A DNA stretch of 64,000 nt from Myxococcota bacterium (GTDB lineage Bacteria; Myxococcota_A; Polyangia; Nannocystales; Nannocystaceae), in NCBI GenBank assembly GCA_039028615.1, contig JBCCHT010000020.1, forward strand, positions 149,307 to 213,306. The letters are read 5' to 3'. The position numbers were made by a program, and so were the translations under genes. How positions within the stretch are numbered: position 1 is the first letter of the stretch; every line of letters starts with the position of its first letter. Under the pieces are notes generated by a model. It ran no database searches, was not told the DNA's origin, and saw only the letters and a list, made by a program, of their open reading frames with translations. Positions 47,381 through 56,739 of this stretch are shown here, one piece after another.

Positions 47381-48075
47381 GCAACTACTTTCCCACCCAC
47401 CCCTACGAGCTACACATCGTCGTTTCGATCAACGACACCGGTCTCGGCATCGTCCGGGCACTCACGACCCATGACACCGAGAGCGACGCCCCGGCGATCG
47501 AACTCGACGCTAACCATCAACAGCGACTCCGTTTCAGCGGAGTCGCAGCGGCTTCGACCAACGCCTTCGGAGTGCGGGTCACCGCCACGGATGGCGATTG
47601 GCTGGCCCCAAGGTGTCAGCTATGGCTAACCAGCAGAGACGGCCACTTTGCCGAGGGCTCAGGCCAGGTCGTGGTGGGTGATGTCCTGCTGAACGCGATC
47701 ACGGAGTTCGACCTTTCGATTGCACTCGACGGAGAATCCCATCTCTACTCGTTCAGCGTAGGGCCAGCGTCCGCGGGGGACGACGACCCCGACATTCCTC
47801 TGGACGACATCAAGCTCCCGCCACGGCGCCCTCCGCCCAAGGAGAGCAGAACAACCCTTGCCCCCACGAACGGGGACCCTTCCGGGCCCTCGCCTCAAAG
47901 CGATCGTGAAGGATCGTACGGGGGTATGATGAGGGCGAGGACGTCGGCTCCTTCGAACGGAGCGAGTCGTCCCTGTACGCCGGCTCGGGACGCGGTCCAG
48001 ATCAAACAGGAATGCTCGAGCCTGAACGCTGTCGTTCAGAAACGGGTTGCTGGCGGCCACAAAACCAAACACTAG
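47377..48075 (+). CDS. Hypothetical beta-rich protein coupled to the kinase
   Basis: GGAG RBS and GTGA overlap with kinase stop; globular to DPDIPLDDIKLPP, then low complexity. Confidence 0.65.
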   Translation: MSNYFPTHPYELHIVVSINDTGLGIVRALTTHDTESDAPAIELDANHQQRLRFSGVAAASTNAFGVRVTATDGDWLAPRCQLWLTSRDGHFAEGSGQVVVGDVLLNAITEFDLSIALDGESHLYSFSVGPASAGDDDPDIPLDDIKLPPRRPPPKESRTTLAPTNGDPSGPSPQSDREGSYGGMMRARTSAPSNGASRPCTPARDAVQIKQECSSLNAVVQKRVAGGHKTKH

Positions 48076-48114
48076 CTAAGACGATCAATCGCGCCAGAAC
48101 CGGGGGGTTATACA

Positions 48115-48750
48115 TTGGAGATCGAGGAAATCTACGAACTGTACGCAGAGAGGATCATGCGGTTCTTCAGCAACAAGGCCGCGAGCCCCAATGACATCGA
48201 TGACCTCATGCACACGACGTTCTTGAGGTACATCGAGCGTTCTGGTCGAGAGAAGATCCGTCTGCCCCTACGGTTTTTGTATCGGATCGCCCACCACGTC
48301 TTGTTCGAGTACTGGCGCAAGCGCAAGCGGGCCGACCTCCACGACGAGGTCGGCGAACTATCCTTGGCGGACATGGGACCTGGCATCACCTCGCTCATCG
48401 CCAGGGATCAGAAGAAGCAGCAGGTCCTGGATGCCCTACGAAGCCTGAGGCTCGACTACCAAGTTGCGGTGGAGCTTCGATACTGGGAGCGTCTCCCCTA
48501 CGAGGAGATCGCCGAGGTCATGGACACGACGACCGGGACCGTCGGAACCTGGCTCAACCGTAGCCGTAAGCAGCTCGAAAAGAAGCTGGGCGCGCTCTAC
48601 CCGGCTACCCACCGCTCCGACGACCAGTCGAGTTCCAACGCCGGGCAACCGGGACCGGAACACGCACCGGGCCAAGACGACCCTTGCATCCAAGGTCTCA
48701 TGGATGGAGTTCGCGACCTCGCGAGCGGCCGCGACGAAGACGACGCATAG
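48115..48750 (+). CDS. ECF sigma-70 family RNA polymerase sigma factor
   Basis: Region 2 IDDLMHTTFL..FLYRIAHH; region 4 LRYWERLPYEEIAEVMDTTTGTVGTWLNRSR. Confidence 0.88.
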   Translation: MEIEEIYELYAERIMRFFSNKAASPNDIDDLMHTTFLRYIERSGREKIRLPLRFLYRIAHHVLFEYWRKRKRADLHDEVGELSLADMGPGITSLIARDQKKQQVLDALRSLRLDYQVAVELRYWERLPYEEIAEVMDTTTGTVGTWLNRSRKQLEKKLGALYPATHRSDDQSSSNAGQPGPEHAPGQDDPCIQGLMDGVRDLASGRDEDDA

Positions 48751-48915
48751 CCTCGAGCAGTCTGTGGGGGCGGCCGCGGTTCGCTCCGCCGCCATCCGCC
48801 TCCACAGACAGAACAGCAGCGCTGCCCTTCCCTGAACCCGGGAAGGAGAAGCCCGGCCTGGACCCAGGCGGGGAAACTCGCTGCCGCCTCGCGCGTGCTA
48901 GGGTCTCGGGCGAAG

Positions 48916-50115
48916 ATGGTCGGCAGCGTCACCGTGATCGTCAGCCTCTTGCTGACGCTGCTGTTGCCGATCTATCCCGACGGGCTCAGCGCCGACATCG
49001 CGGCGTTTTTCGGGCTGATCGCGCTGGCTGCGGGGGCGGGCATCCTGCATCGGTCGGCGCGGCGGGAGCTGATGGTCATCTCGCCGTGGGCGGGGGTGCT
49101 GCTGCTGGCGATGCTGGTGGGGAGCTTCCGCAGCGGCGAGACGCAGCAGGCGATCGAGGACACGCTGCCCTACATCCTGTTCGTGATGGGGCTGATCGCG
49201 GGCCGAGGGCAGAACAACCCGCGGCGGGTCCTGGTGGTGGCGCTGTGGGTCTGCGCCGCGGACAGCTTCGTGTCGCTGTACTCGATGCCGAGCTACGGGC
49301 CCGAGGTGCGCTCGACCTATACGTACTGGAAGATCACGGCGGGGCTGCCCCTGGTGGGGATGTACCTGTCTTCGCTGCTTCGCAACTCCGACCCCGAGGG
49401 GCGCCCGCCCGCGCTGCTGCTGCGACCGATGCACGCGGCGCTGATGGTGGTGATGTTCCTGGGCATGGTGGCGTCGGTGAGCCGCGGCATGATGCTGGGC
49501 TGGCTGCTGGGGCTCGTCATCACGGCGTATATCCGCAAGCCGTCGCAGATGCTGGGCTTCGCGATCCTCGGGGCCATTGCGCTCTTGGTGTACGGCTCGG
49601 TGTTCGCGGAGTTCGGCACGCGCTACCTCCGGGCGGGCCAGGCGTCGACCATCGAGGGGCGCTTCCGGGAGATCCAGACGGCGTGGGAGACCTTCGTCTC
49701 CTATCCCCTCTTCGGCGCGGGCCTGGGCGCGATGTTCGAGGTCGACGGGTTCTACAAGGCCTTTGTGCACAACATGGCGGCCTACCACCTGTGGAAGTTC
49801 GGCCTGGTGGGCTCGGCCCTGCTGGCGCTGCCGCTGTGGATCATCTCGCGTCAGCTCCACCGCAGCACCCGGGCCCTGCGAGCGATCGCGCTGGGGGGCG
49901 GGCTGGGGATCATCGCGTACCTGGTGACCTGCGCCGCGTACAAGACCTACTACCTGGTGTGGATGTACGGGATCATCATGGGCGCGAGCTTGTCGTGGCT
50001 CGACCAGTGGCGGCGGCAGCAGGCCGCAGCCGCGGACGCCGAAGCGCGGGCCTTGGCCGAGGGCCTTGCCGCTCCATCAACCCCACGGCAAGATTCGCCG
50101 AGCCGCCATGAATGA
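48916..50115 (+). CDS. O-antigen ligase/Wzy polymerase family membrane protein
   Basis: Multiple TM helices; SVSRG, R...YPLFGAGLG, HN...LWKFGLVG. Confidence 0.8.
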   Translation: MVGSVTVIVSLLLTLLLPIYPDGLSADIAAFFGLIALAAGAGILHRSARRELMVISPWAGVLLLAMLVGSFRSGETQQAIEDTLPYILFVMGLIAGRGQNNPRRVLVVALWVCAADSFVSLYSMPSYGPEVRSTYTYWKITAGLPLVGMYLSSLLRNSDPEGRPPALLLRPMHAALMVVMFLGMVASVSRGMMLGWLLGLVITAYIRKPSQMLGFAILGAIALLVYGSVFAEFGTRYLRAGQASTIEGRFREIQTAWETFVSYPLFGAGLGAMFEVDGFYKAFVHNMAAYHLWKFGLVGSALLALPLWIISRQLHRSTRALRAIALGGGLGIIAYLVTCAAYKTYYLVWMYGIIMGASLSWLDQWRRQQAAAADAEARALAEGLAAPSTPRQDSPSRHE

Positions 50116-50941
50116 TCTCGTCGTCATCATCCTCACTCTCGACGAGGCGGTGAACATCGAAAAGGCCATCGCTTCGGTAGGCGACCACGCACCGGTCGTG
50201 GTGGTCGACTCCGAGTCCACCGACGACACGCGCGCGCTGGCCGAAGCGGCGGGCGCCGAGGTCCACGTCAATCCCTTCGTCGACTACGCCAGCCAGCGCA
50301 ACGCGGCGCTCGACCTGGTCAAGGGTCGCTTTCGCTGGGTGTTCTTCCTCGACGCCGACGAGGAAATCCCGCCCGCACTGTGGGACGACATCCACCGCAC
50401 CATCGAGCGGGACGAGGTCGACGGGGCCTACGTGGGGCTGACCTTCCACGTGATGGGGCACGAGCTGCGCCACGGCCCCTTCGGCTCGGCGTCGATCTTG
50501 AGGTTGATGCGCTCGGAGCTGGCGAGATTTACCCGCGGCACCAACGAGCGCGTCGACGACAGCCAGATGAAGGTCACCACGCTCGGCAAGCTCAAGCACG
50601 CCGACGCCAAGCCGCTGGCGCAGTGGTTTCGCAAGCACGTGCGCTACGCCGAGCGAGAGGCTCGGCACTACCTCGAAGACCAGGCGCATCGCCCAGGACT
50701 CGATGGCTTCTCGCTGCGGACCAAGCGGGGGCGGATGGTCGGCATCCGCTGGGCGTACAACAAGATGCCGCTGGTGGTGCGCCCCTTCGTGCACTTCGGG
50801 CGCACGGTGGGGCTGCAATCGGCGTGGCGCGACGGCCTACCCGGGCTCATGTACGCGACCATGCAATCGTTCTGGTACCCGATGTTGATCGACCTGCTCA
50901 TCCTGGAAATGAAGCAGGAACAATCCAAGGGCCGGGGCTGA
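50108..50941 (+). CDS. Glycosyltransferase family 2
   Basis: ILTLDE, VVVDSESTDDT, QRNAAL, WVFFLDADE, KHVRYA, WRDGLPG. Confidence 0.92.
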   Translation: MNDLVVIILTLDEAVNIEKAIASVGDHAPVVVVDSESTDDTRALAEAAGAEVHVNPFVDYASQRNAALDLVKGRFRWVFFLDADEEIPPALWDDIHRTIERDEVDGAYVGLTFHVMGHELRHGPFGSASILRLMRSELARFTRGTNERVDDSQMKVTTLGKLKHADAKPLAQWFRKHVRYAEREARHYLEDQAHRPGLDGFSLRTKRGRMVGIRWAYNKMPLVVRPFVHFGRTVGLQSAWRDGLPGLMYATMQSFWYPMLIDLLILEMKQEQSKGRG

Positions 50942-50945
50942 GCGC

Positions 50946-52454
50946 TCAGCGACGCGGCGGGAGCTCGGCTTCGTCGCGGGCGGCCCACAGGGCCTCCACG
51001 TTGGCGCGATAGCGCTGGGTCTCTTCGCTGAGTTCGGCCTCGCCGCGGAGCGTGGCGCGAAGCCGCGTAGGCCCGCCGTTGTAGGCCGCCGCCGCTCGCC
51101 CGATGGCTTCGTCACCGCCGCCTTCCCCGAAGTTCTTCAGCTGACGGGCGAAAAACCAGGTGCCCATGTCGAGGTTGTAGGCGGGGTCGTCGAGTTCATC
51201 GGCCGTGGGCTCGGCCAGGCCCCGCTCGCGAGCGATGCCCACCGCGGTGCTGGGCGTCACCTGCATCAGGCCACGCGCACCGCTGAAACTACGGGCGGTG
51301 GGATTGCCGTTGGACTCGAGCAGCACGAGGATGGCCACGAGATCGGGCTCGACCCCGTAGCGGTTGCCTGCCTCCACGATCTCGGCCTCGAACCGCCGCA
51401 CGGACTCGGGCAGCCAAGCGATGGACAGCTCGCTCGGCTGTGCCTCTTCGGCATTCGCCGCGGCTGCAACCTCGGCCGGCTCTGCGTTGACTTCGGCCTC
51501 CGGAGCCTCGGTGCCCGCTTCTTCCTTGGGGGCGGAGTCGTAGCGCGCGATGCAACCCACGGCGACGGTGATGCCGAGCACGAGGCCGCCCGCGAGCGGA
51601 GCGAGCCGCGGGGGACGAGACAGCGGGCGAGGTTCACGGGAGACGATGTGACGGATGCGGGACATGAGCTGACCTTGTCGAGCCGCCAGGGCGAGGGCGG
51701 GCACGGGTTGGGGGGTGGCCGCGAGCTCGGCGAGCGCACGGGCGTAGTCGAGGGGAGCGTGGAGGGCATCGACCACGAGGTCGTCGCAGGCCTGCTCGCG
51801 AGTCTGGCGAAGCTCGGCCGAGATCCACCAGACCACGGGATGAAAGAACAGCAGGATTTCGACGACGCGCTGGACGATGCCCAGCAACACGTCGTGGCGT
51901 CGTACGTGCGCGAGTTCGTGGGCGAGCAGCGACTCGACCCAGGCCACGGGCATGCGGGTGGCGAGACCGAGCGGAAGCAAGATCATCGGTCGCACCACGC
52001 CGGTGACCATCGGGGTCTCGACGGCGGGAGACTCGACCACGACGACGCGACGCCGCACGCCGAGGCGCTCGCGCAAGCGATCGACCGGCTCGGCGAGTTC
52101 ACGCAGAGGCAAGCCAGTGGCCCGTAGGGCGAGCAGGCGCCAGAAACCGAGCCCGGTCCGTACCGCGAAGATCGAGGCACCCGCCGCCCATGCGCCGGTC
52201 ACCACCAATGCCCACGGCGGCAGCCAGTTGTCGACGGCAGCGACCGGCCCCGAGAAGCCGGACGATCCCGCGACCAGCCAGGCCATCGTGCCCAGTACGA
52301 TCACGGGTGCCGTGAGCAGCCAGGCGAACTCGATCCCATAGCGAACCGAGGCCGACCGCGAGCGGAGCCACGGACGGACGGCCCAATAGGCAGCCCCGAG
52401 CAACAGCCCCTGCCACAGGAAATGCAGCAACGCGGTGGCGAGCAGGACGATCAT
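50946..52454 (-). CDS. BlaR1-type M56 peptidase fused to a lytic transglycosylase (SLT) domain
   Basis: LLHFLWQG; AHELAHVRRHD; FFHPVVW; EQACD; then LLESNGN, GARGLMQV, AAYNGG. Confidence 0.9.
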   Translation of the reverse strand: MIVLLATALLHFLWQGLLLGAAYWAVRPWLRSRSASVRYGIEFAWLLTAPVIVLGTMAWLVAGSSGFSGPVAAVDNWLPPWALVVTGAWAAGASIFAVRTGLGFWRLLALRATGLPLRELAEPVDRLRERLGVRRRVVVVESPAVETPMVTGVVRPMILLPLGLATRMPVAWVESLLAHELAHVRRHDVLLGIVQRVVEILLFFHPVVWWISAELRQTREQACDDLVVDALHAPLDYARALAELAATPQPVPALALAARQGQLMSRIRHIVSREPRPLSRPPRLAPLAGGLVLGITVAVGCIARYDSAPKEEAGTEAPEAEVNAEPAEVAAAANAEEAQPSELSIAWLPESVRRFEAEIVEAGNRYGVEPDLVAILVLLESNGNPTARSFSGARGLMQVTPSTAVGIARERGLAEPTADELDDPAYNLDMGTWFFARQLKNFGEGGGDEAIGRAAAAYNGGPTRLRATLRGEAELSEETQRYRANVEALWAARDEAELPPRR

Positions 52455-52834
52455 GACGACTTGCCCTCGTCGCTTCGCTCCGCCAAAAACGTACGGATCT
52501 GGTCGAGCTCTTCTTCGCTCACCCGATCGGGAGACAGCGCGCGCATCACCAACGATGCGACCGAGCCCCCGAAGGCCTTGGCCGCCAGATCGTCGACCAA
52601 GCGCTGCTGGATGTCGTCGCGGCTGACGATCGCCTCGTAGACGTGGCTACGGCGTTGGTCGTCGCGTGCGACCAGGCCCTTGTCGAGCATGATCTGCAGC
52701 AGCTTCAGCACCGTGGTGTAGCCGGTGCCCCGCTCGGGCTCGAGCACGGAGTGGACCTGGCGCACCGTACTCGGTCCGCGCTCCCACAACACGCCCAGAA
52801 TGCCCATTTCTGCCTCTGTCGGGCGATTTGGCAT
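52451..52834 (-). CDS. blaI: BlaI/MecI/CopY family repressor
   Basis: PTEAEMGILGVLWERGPSTVRQV, YTTVLKLLQIMLDKGLV, FGGS; ATGA overlap with M56 gene. Confidence 0.92.
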   Translation of the reverse strand: MPNRPTEAEMGILGVLWERGPSTVRQVHSVLEPERGTGYTTVLKLLQIMLDKGLVARDDQRRSHVYEAIVSRDDIQQRLVDDLAAKAFGGSVASLVMRALSPDRVSEEELDQIRTFLAERSDEGKSS

Positions 52835-52845
52835 CGTCGACGCCT

Positions 52846-52887
52846 ATCATACGAAGAGATTCGTAGTTGTCAACGAAAAGCTTCGTA
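52846..52887 (-). promoter_or_regulatory. Sigma70 promoter with two BlaI-type operators
   Basis: TTGACA(52873-52868)-16 nt-TATGAT(52851-52846); palindromes TACGAA-N4-TTCGTA (52850-52865) and AACGAA-N4-TTCGTA (52872-52887). Confidence 0.8.
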
Positions 52888-52911
52888 CTTTGACGGGACC
52901 GCCGTCTCGGC

Positions 52912-54774
52912 TCAGCGTTCGGGGAGCTTCAGGTCGTCGATGCAGATCGGGTAGTCGACGCCACCGACTTCGACGCAGCGGCACGCGGGGGTGTCGTCGT
53001 CGCACGGTCGCACGCAGCGGGAGTCGCCCTCGGGCTGGCCGATGCACTGCGAGCCCAACGAGCAGTCCCGGTTGCCCGTGCACACGCCTCCGGGCCGCGC
53101 GGGGCCGTCGAGCTTGCAGCGATTGAAGTGCTCGTCGGTGCGAGGGTTGAAGTAGGGATGGCAGCTCAAGCCGCGCGGGCAGTCGCCCTCCACGATCTCG
53201 CAGCGACAGGCTTCGCCGGAATAGCACTGGTGCCAGCCCCGACGAAGGGCCAGAGCCTCGCGCATGAGCAGCGCTTGTTGCTCGCTGAACCCGACGCGAC
53301 AGCCGGGGTAGTAGGCCATGATGTTGGTGGGATCGGGCTGCGCCCCGGTCTCGCAGCTCACGGAACACTCGGGGCCGACCGCACACTCGCCAGGGCCGGG
53401 ATCCGGCGGCGTGTCGCAGACCCCGTCGCCTTGTTGGGTGCAGGGTTCGGTGCAAGCGAGCGCGTCGGAGGGATCGCCGGACGCCGCGTCCACGACGACG
53501 ATGGGCGCTGGGTTGTCGCCATGCGTGTGGCACAGGCCGAAGAAGTGACCCATCTCGTGGGTGAGGGTGGTCTTCCAGTGCCGCTTGCCCAGCGCGATGA
53601 GGCCGACGGGGGGCCAACCGTTATTACGAAGCCGACGCTGCCCGCCGCACGTACCGTTGGGGATGGTGGACAAGCCCGGCCGCGGCACACCGTCCACGAG
53701 CACGCGATCGGTGAAGACCACGGGCACAAAGAACTCCTCGCGTACCGGTCGATGCGAGCGGCTCAGGAGCATGGCGTTGAGGTCGTCTTTGTCGAAGTCG
53801 AGCCACTCGGGCGCATCGAGACGGATGACGTCGGCGAGGCGAAACTCGAGGCCGTAGTCGTCGGTCCGCGTGAAGTAGCCATTGAGCATGTCGATCTCGG
53901 TGGCGATGTCCTCGGGGGTGTAGCTACCGCCCCCTTGGCCGTCGACGATGACGATGGCCAAGACGTCCACCACCCCGCACTCGCCGGACTCGTCGATCCA
54001 ACCGTCGCCATCATTGTCGCGACCGTCACAGACCTCCTCGCCACCGGGATCCGGGGGGCAGCCGCAGGCGTCTTCGCACCCATCGAGGCCCACGGGTGGC
54101 GCGGACTGAATACAGGTCGGGGCGGTGCGCCCCGCCGGGCGACCACACAGGGCATCGAAGGCGCGGCAGTCGGTGGTGACGCGGTCACCGTCGACACAAG
54201 TGACGAGTGTGTCGCCCTCGCAGCGGGGCGGGGCGAGCCGCGGGTCACAAGGATTGGCGGCGGGGGCACGGCAGACCGGCCCTCCTTCGGTCAGCTGGCA
54301 TTGCCGGTCCATGGCGCCGCAGTCCACAGCGAAGGGGTGGCCGCCTTCGCAACCACGAGCGATCTGGCCGTCGCAGCGACCCAAGATCGGCTCTCCGCCA
54401 CAATCGGGCGTAGCCTCCGGCTCACAGGCGCCCGCGCGGCACAGCCCGGCCCCGCACTCTTCGGCCTTGGCGTACATGACCCCGCAGCTGTCGACCCACC
54501 ACGCATCACCGTCGCTGCAGCGGCTCTCGGCCTCGGGCAGGCACCCGGGGGCGGGCTCGACGGTAGCCCGCGGCTGCCAGATCTTGGGCGCCACGGGCTC
54601 CGGCTCGGCCGCAGGGGCTTGGGTGTCCTCGGTCGAGGGTCGCGGCCGCCGCTGAAACCACGCGCCGTTGAGCATCCACCAGCCCAACGCACCGGTCACC
54701 AGCAAGATGAGCGCGGGTCGCCAGACCCAGTGCAGCCACCCCCGGCCGTGCGATCGTTGCGGAGGCGCGGACAC
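52912..54774 (-). CDS. Membrane-anchored M43 (pappalysin-like) zinc metalloprotease with Cys-rich repeats
   Basis: N-terminal TM; EEVCDGRDNDGDGWIDE; THEMGHFFGLCHT; GDGVCDTPPD; Met-turn NIMAY. Confidence 0.88.
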   Translation of the reverse strand: MSAPPQRSHGRGWLHWVWRPALILLVTGALGWWMLNGAWFQRRPRPSTEDTQAPAAEPEPVAPKIWQPRATVEPAPGCLPEAESRCSDGDAWWVDSCGVMYAKAEECGAGLCRAGACEPEATPDCGGEPILGRCDGQIARGCEGGHPFAVDCGAMDRQCQLTEGGPVCRAPAANPCDPRLAPPRCEGDTLVTCVDGDRVTTDCRAFDALCGRPAGRTAPTCIQSAPPVGLDGCEDACGCPPDPGGEEVCDGRDNDGDGWIDESGECGVVDVLAIVIVDGQGGGSYTPEDIATEIDMLNGYFTRTDDYGLEFRLADVIRLDAPEWLDFDKDDLNAMLLSRSHRPVREEFFVPVVFTDRVLVDGVPRPGLSTIPNGTCGGQRRLRNNGWPPVGLIALGKRHWKTTLTHEMGHFFGLCHTHGDNPAPIVVVDAASGDPSDALACTEPCTQQGDGVCDTPPDPGPGECAVGPECSVSCETGAQPDPTNIMAYYPGCRVGFSEQQALLMREALALRRGWHQCYSGEACRCEIVEGDCPRGLSCHPYFNPRTDEHFNRCKLDGPARPGGVCTGNRDCSLGSQCIGQPEGDSRCVRPCDDDTPACRCVEVGGVDYPICIDDLKLPER

Positions 54775-55169
54775 GCGTTCGGAGCGTAGCAGGCCCGGCG
54801 CACGAAAGCCGGGGCCGTCTCAGGGGTGACGCATCATGGCCCGTGTCTGGGGTGACGGCGCACGATCGACTCGAGGATCGGAACGTCGACGAACACGCTC
54901 CGCCAAAAGAACCCGCCATGGCCCAACCGCTGCGACCCGAGCAAGACCGGGTCGAGCGCGAGCCCGAAGATGGCGGACGGCCCGGTACCCGAACACGGAC
55001 TGTTTCGCCACCACGCGCAACGGATTGGCACGTTGAGAGAAATGGCGCCGGGCGTCGCCGAAAACCACTCGCTTCGTTCGCCGTAGGCCCGCGTGACCGA
55101 GCCGAAATCGGCGTGAAGGGTGCAAGTGCCGAGCAATGCGAGCTGCTATGGTGAGAGCTCTTAGGACCC

Positions 55170-55976
55170 TTGCTCATGCTCGTACTCGGCACCGTTGCTC
55201 TCGCCTCGCTGTTCGCCCTCGCCCCCGAAGGCCCCGACGACATCTACGAGCCGCCCATGCTCGAGATCGGCGGGCCGCCGCCCTGTGACTTCGACGTGGA
55301 CTGTCGCTGGGAAGAGCGCCCCTTTTGCCACCCCGACACCCAGCAGTGCTCCGAGTGCCTCGGGGACGAGCACTGTGACGAGGGCTGGAGCTGCAACCCG
55401 GTCGGTACTTGCGTCGACGCGTGCGAGACCGACGAGGACTGCGAAGGCGTCAACGACCAGGACACCTGCGATCCCGCGACGAACTCGTGCGTGCAGTGTG
55501 TGACCTCCGACGATTGCGAGGCCGCCGAATACTGCATGGAGTCGTACTGCTACAACGACCACTGCGAGCCGGGCGAGCTGATCTGCGTGGGCAACACCCT
55601 CATGGAGTGCCTGGAGGACGGCGGCTCCATCTCGAAGTACGAGGAGTGCTTTCCCAAGTGCATCTACAACGAGAAGGGTGACGACGAATGCCAAGCCAAG
55701 GGTGGCGACGACGGCTTCGATACCGGAGACGATGGCTTCCCTCCCGCGACCTCGGGTGGAGAACCAACGACGGGCGTCCACCCCACGGGCGGGTCGATGG
55801 ATGGGACGACCCTGCCCCAGGGTGATCCGATGAGCAGCGTGACCTCCGACTCGGGCGACGCGGGTGGAGTGTCGGGGCGAGGCTGCAGCTGCCGCAGCGA
55901 CGGCGACACCCCGGCCGCGCCGTGGGGCGGGCTGGGCTTGGTGGTCCTGCTGGCGCTACGCCGCCGCCGGCACTAG
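55170..55976 (+). CDS. Cys-rich secreted protein with MYXO-CTERM sorting signal
   Basis: Signal peptide; CxxDxDC repeats; C-terminal GCSCR...LGLVVLLALRRRRH. Confidence 0.88.
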   Translation: MLMLVLGTVALASLFALAPEGPDDIYEPPMLEIGGPPPCDFDVDCRWEERPFCHPDTQQCSECLGDEHCDEGWSCNPVGTCVDACETDEDCEGVNDQDTCDPATNSCVQCVTSDDCEAAEYCMESYCYNDHCEPGELICVGNTLMECLEDGGSISKYEECFPKCIYNEKGDDECQAKGGDDGFDTGDDGFPPATSGGEPTTGVHPTGGSMDGTTLPQGDPMSSVTSDSGDAGGVSGRGCSCRSDGDTPAAPWGGLGLVVLLALRRRRH

Positions 55977-56252
55977 TGTGGTGAGTCCTCAACGGAACGA
56001 CGCGGCAAGAAGAACCTGATGGCATGGAACAGCCAAGTAGCCAGTACGGCGCGGCTCGTGATCTGCATGGAGTGCGCAGCGGCTATTCCGTACCGTTCGA
56101 GATCGATGCGCCAGCGTGACGGCAGGTCCGTTGGTACGGGCTCGTTCCCACCGCACCGAAACCACCGAAGTGAGCGCCCACCAGCTTTGCGTGTGACAAC
56201 GGTGGCCACTATGGGCAATCGGACCCGGACCCCGATCTCGAAGTGCGAGCAC

Positions 56253-56615
56253 CTATCGCACGGGGTTTGTCAGCCACTCGTGACATGAGCCATGCTGCGG
56301 AAAATTCGTGTTCTGCCCCCCCGTCAAGGTCGCCTTTACCCACCGCAGATCCCAGTTTTGGCCATTGGAAATCTTGACGGTGAGATCCACGTCCTTATTG
56401 CTCTCGTTTTCAATTCGCTCGCACGCCGTCGGCCCACTTCCCGGTTCATCGCGAAATTCGGGCGTCCTCCTGAACAATTGAGTTTCGATCATCGCAGTAT
56501 AACTCGAGGCCGTATCGATGAGAGTCGAACCTCCAAAAGGCCCGTAAATAGGGGGCACCAGAATCCACCTTGCCATGCCAAGCAGCACAACCCTCCACCG
56601 ACAAAGAGACACCAC
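56253..56615 (-). CDS. Possible small hypothetical protein in low-GC tract (start uncertain)
   Basis: Open frame with plausible composition in its 3' two-thirds; no recognisable family. Confidence 0.3.
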   Translation of the reverse strand: MVSLCRWRVVLLGMARWILVPPIYGPFGGSTLIDTASSYTAMIETQLFRRTPEFRDEPGSGPTACERIENESNKDVDLTVKISNGQNWDLRWVKATLTGGQNTNFPQHGSCHEWLTNPVR

Positions 56616-56739
56616 GACAACCCGCCATAAGTCATCACACTATTGACACAACCCCACTGGCAGGCGCCCACAAGAGAACACCACATTGGCTACCCGTGGG
56701 CATTGATACAATTGCCAAGCAACTCGGAAACGCGTCTGA

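Noticed and set aside
54790..55160. Short ORFs between the M43 protease and the MYXO-CTERM gene
   Set aside because: No motif or consistent codon bias; likely a divergent promoter region
56253..56615. Resemblance of DVDLTVKISNGQN to DVDGTFTVAIANGSN in the 12052-12444 protein
   Set aside because: Too short to separate from chance without a profile search
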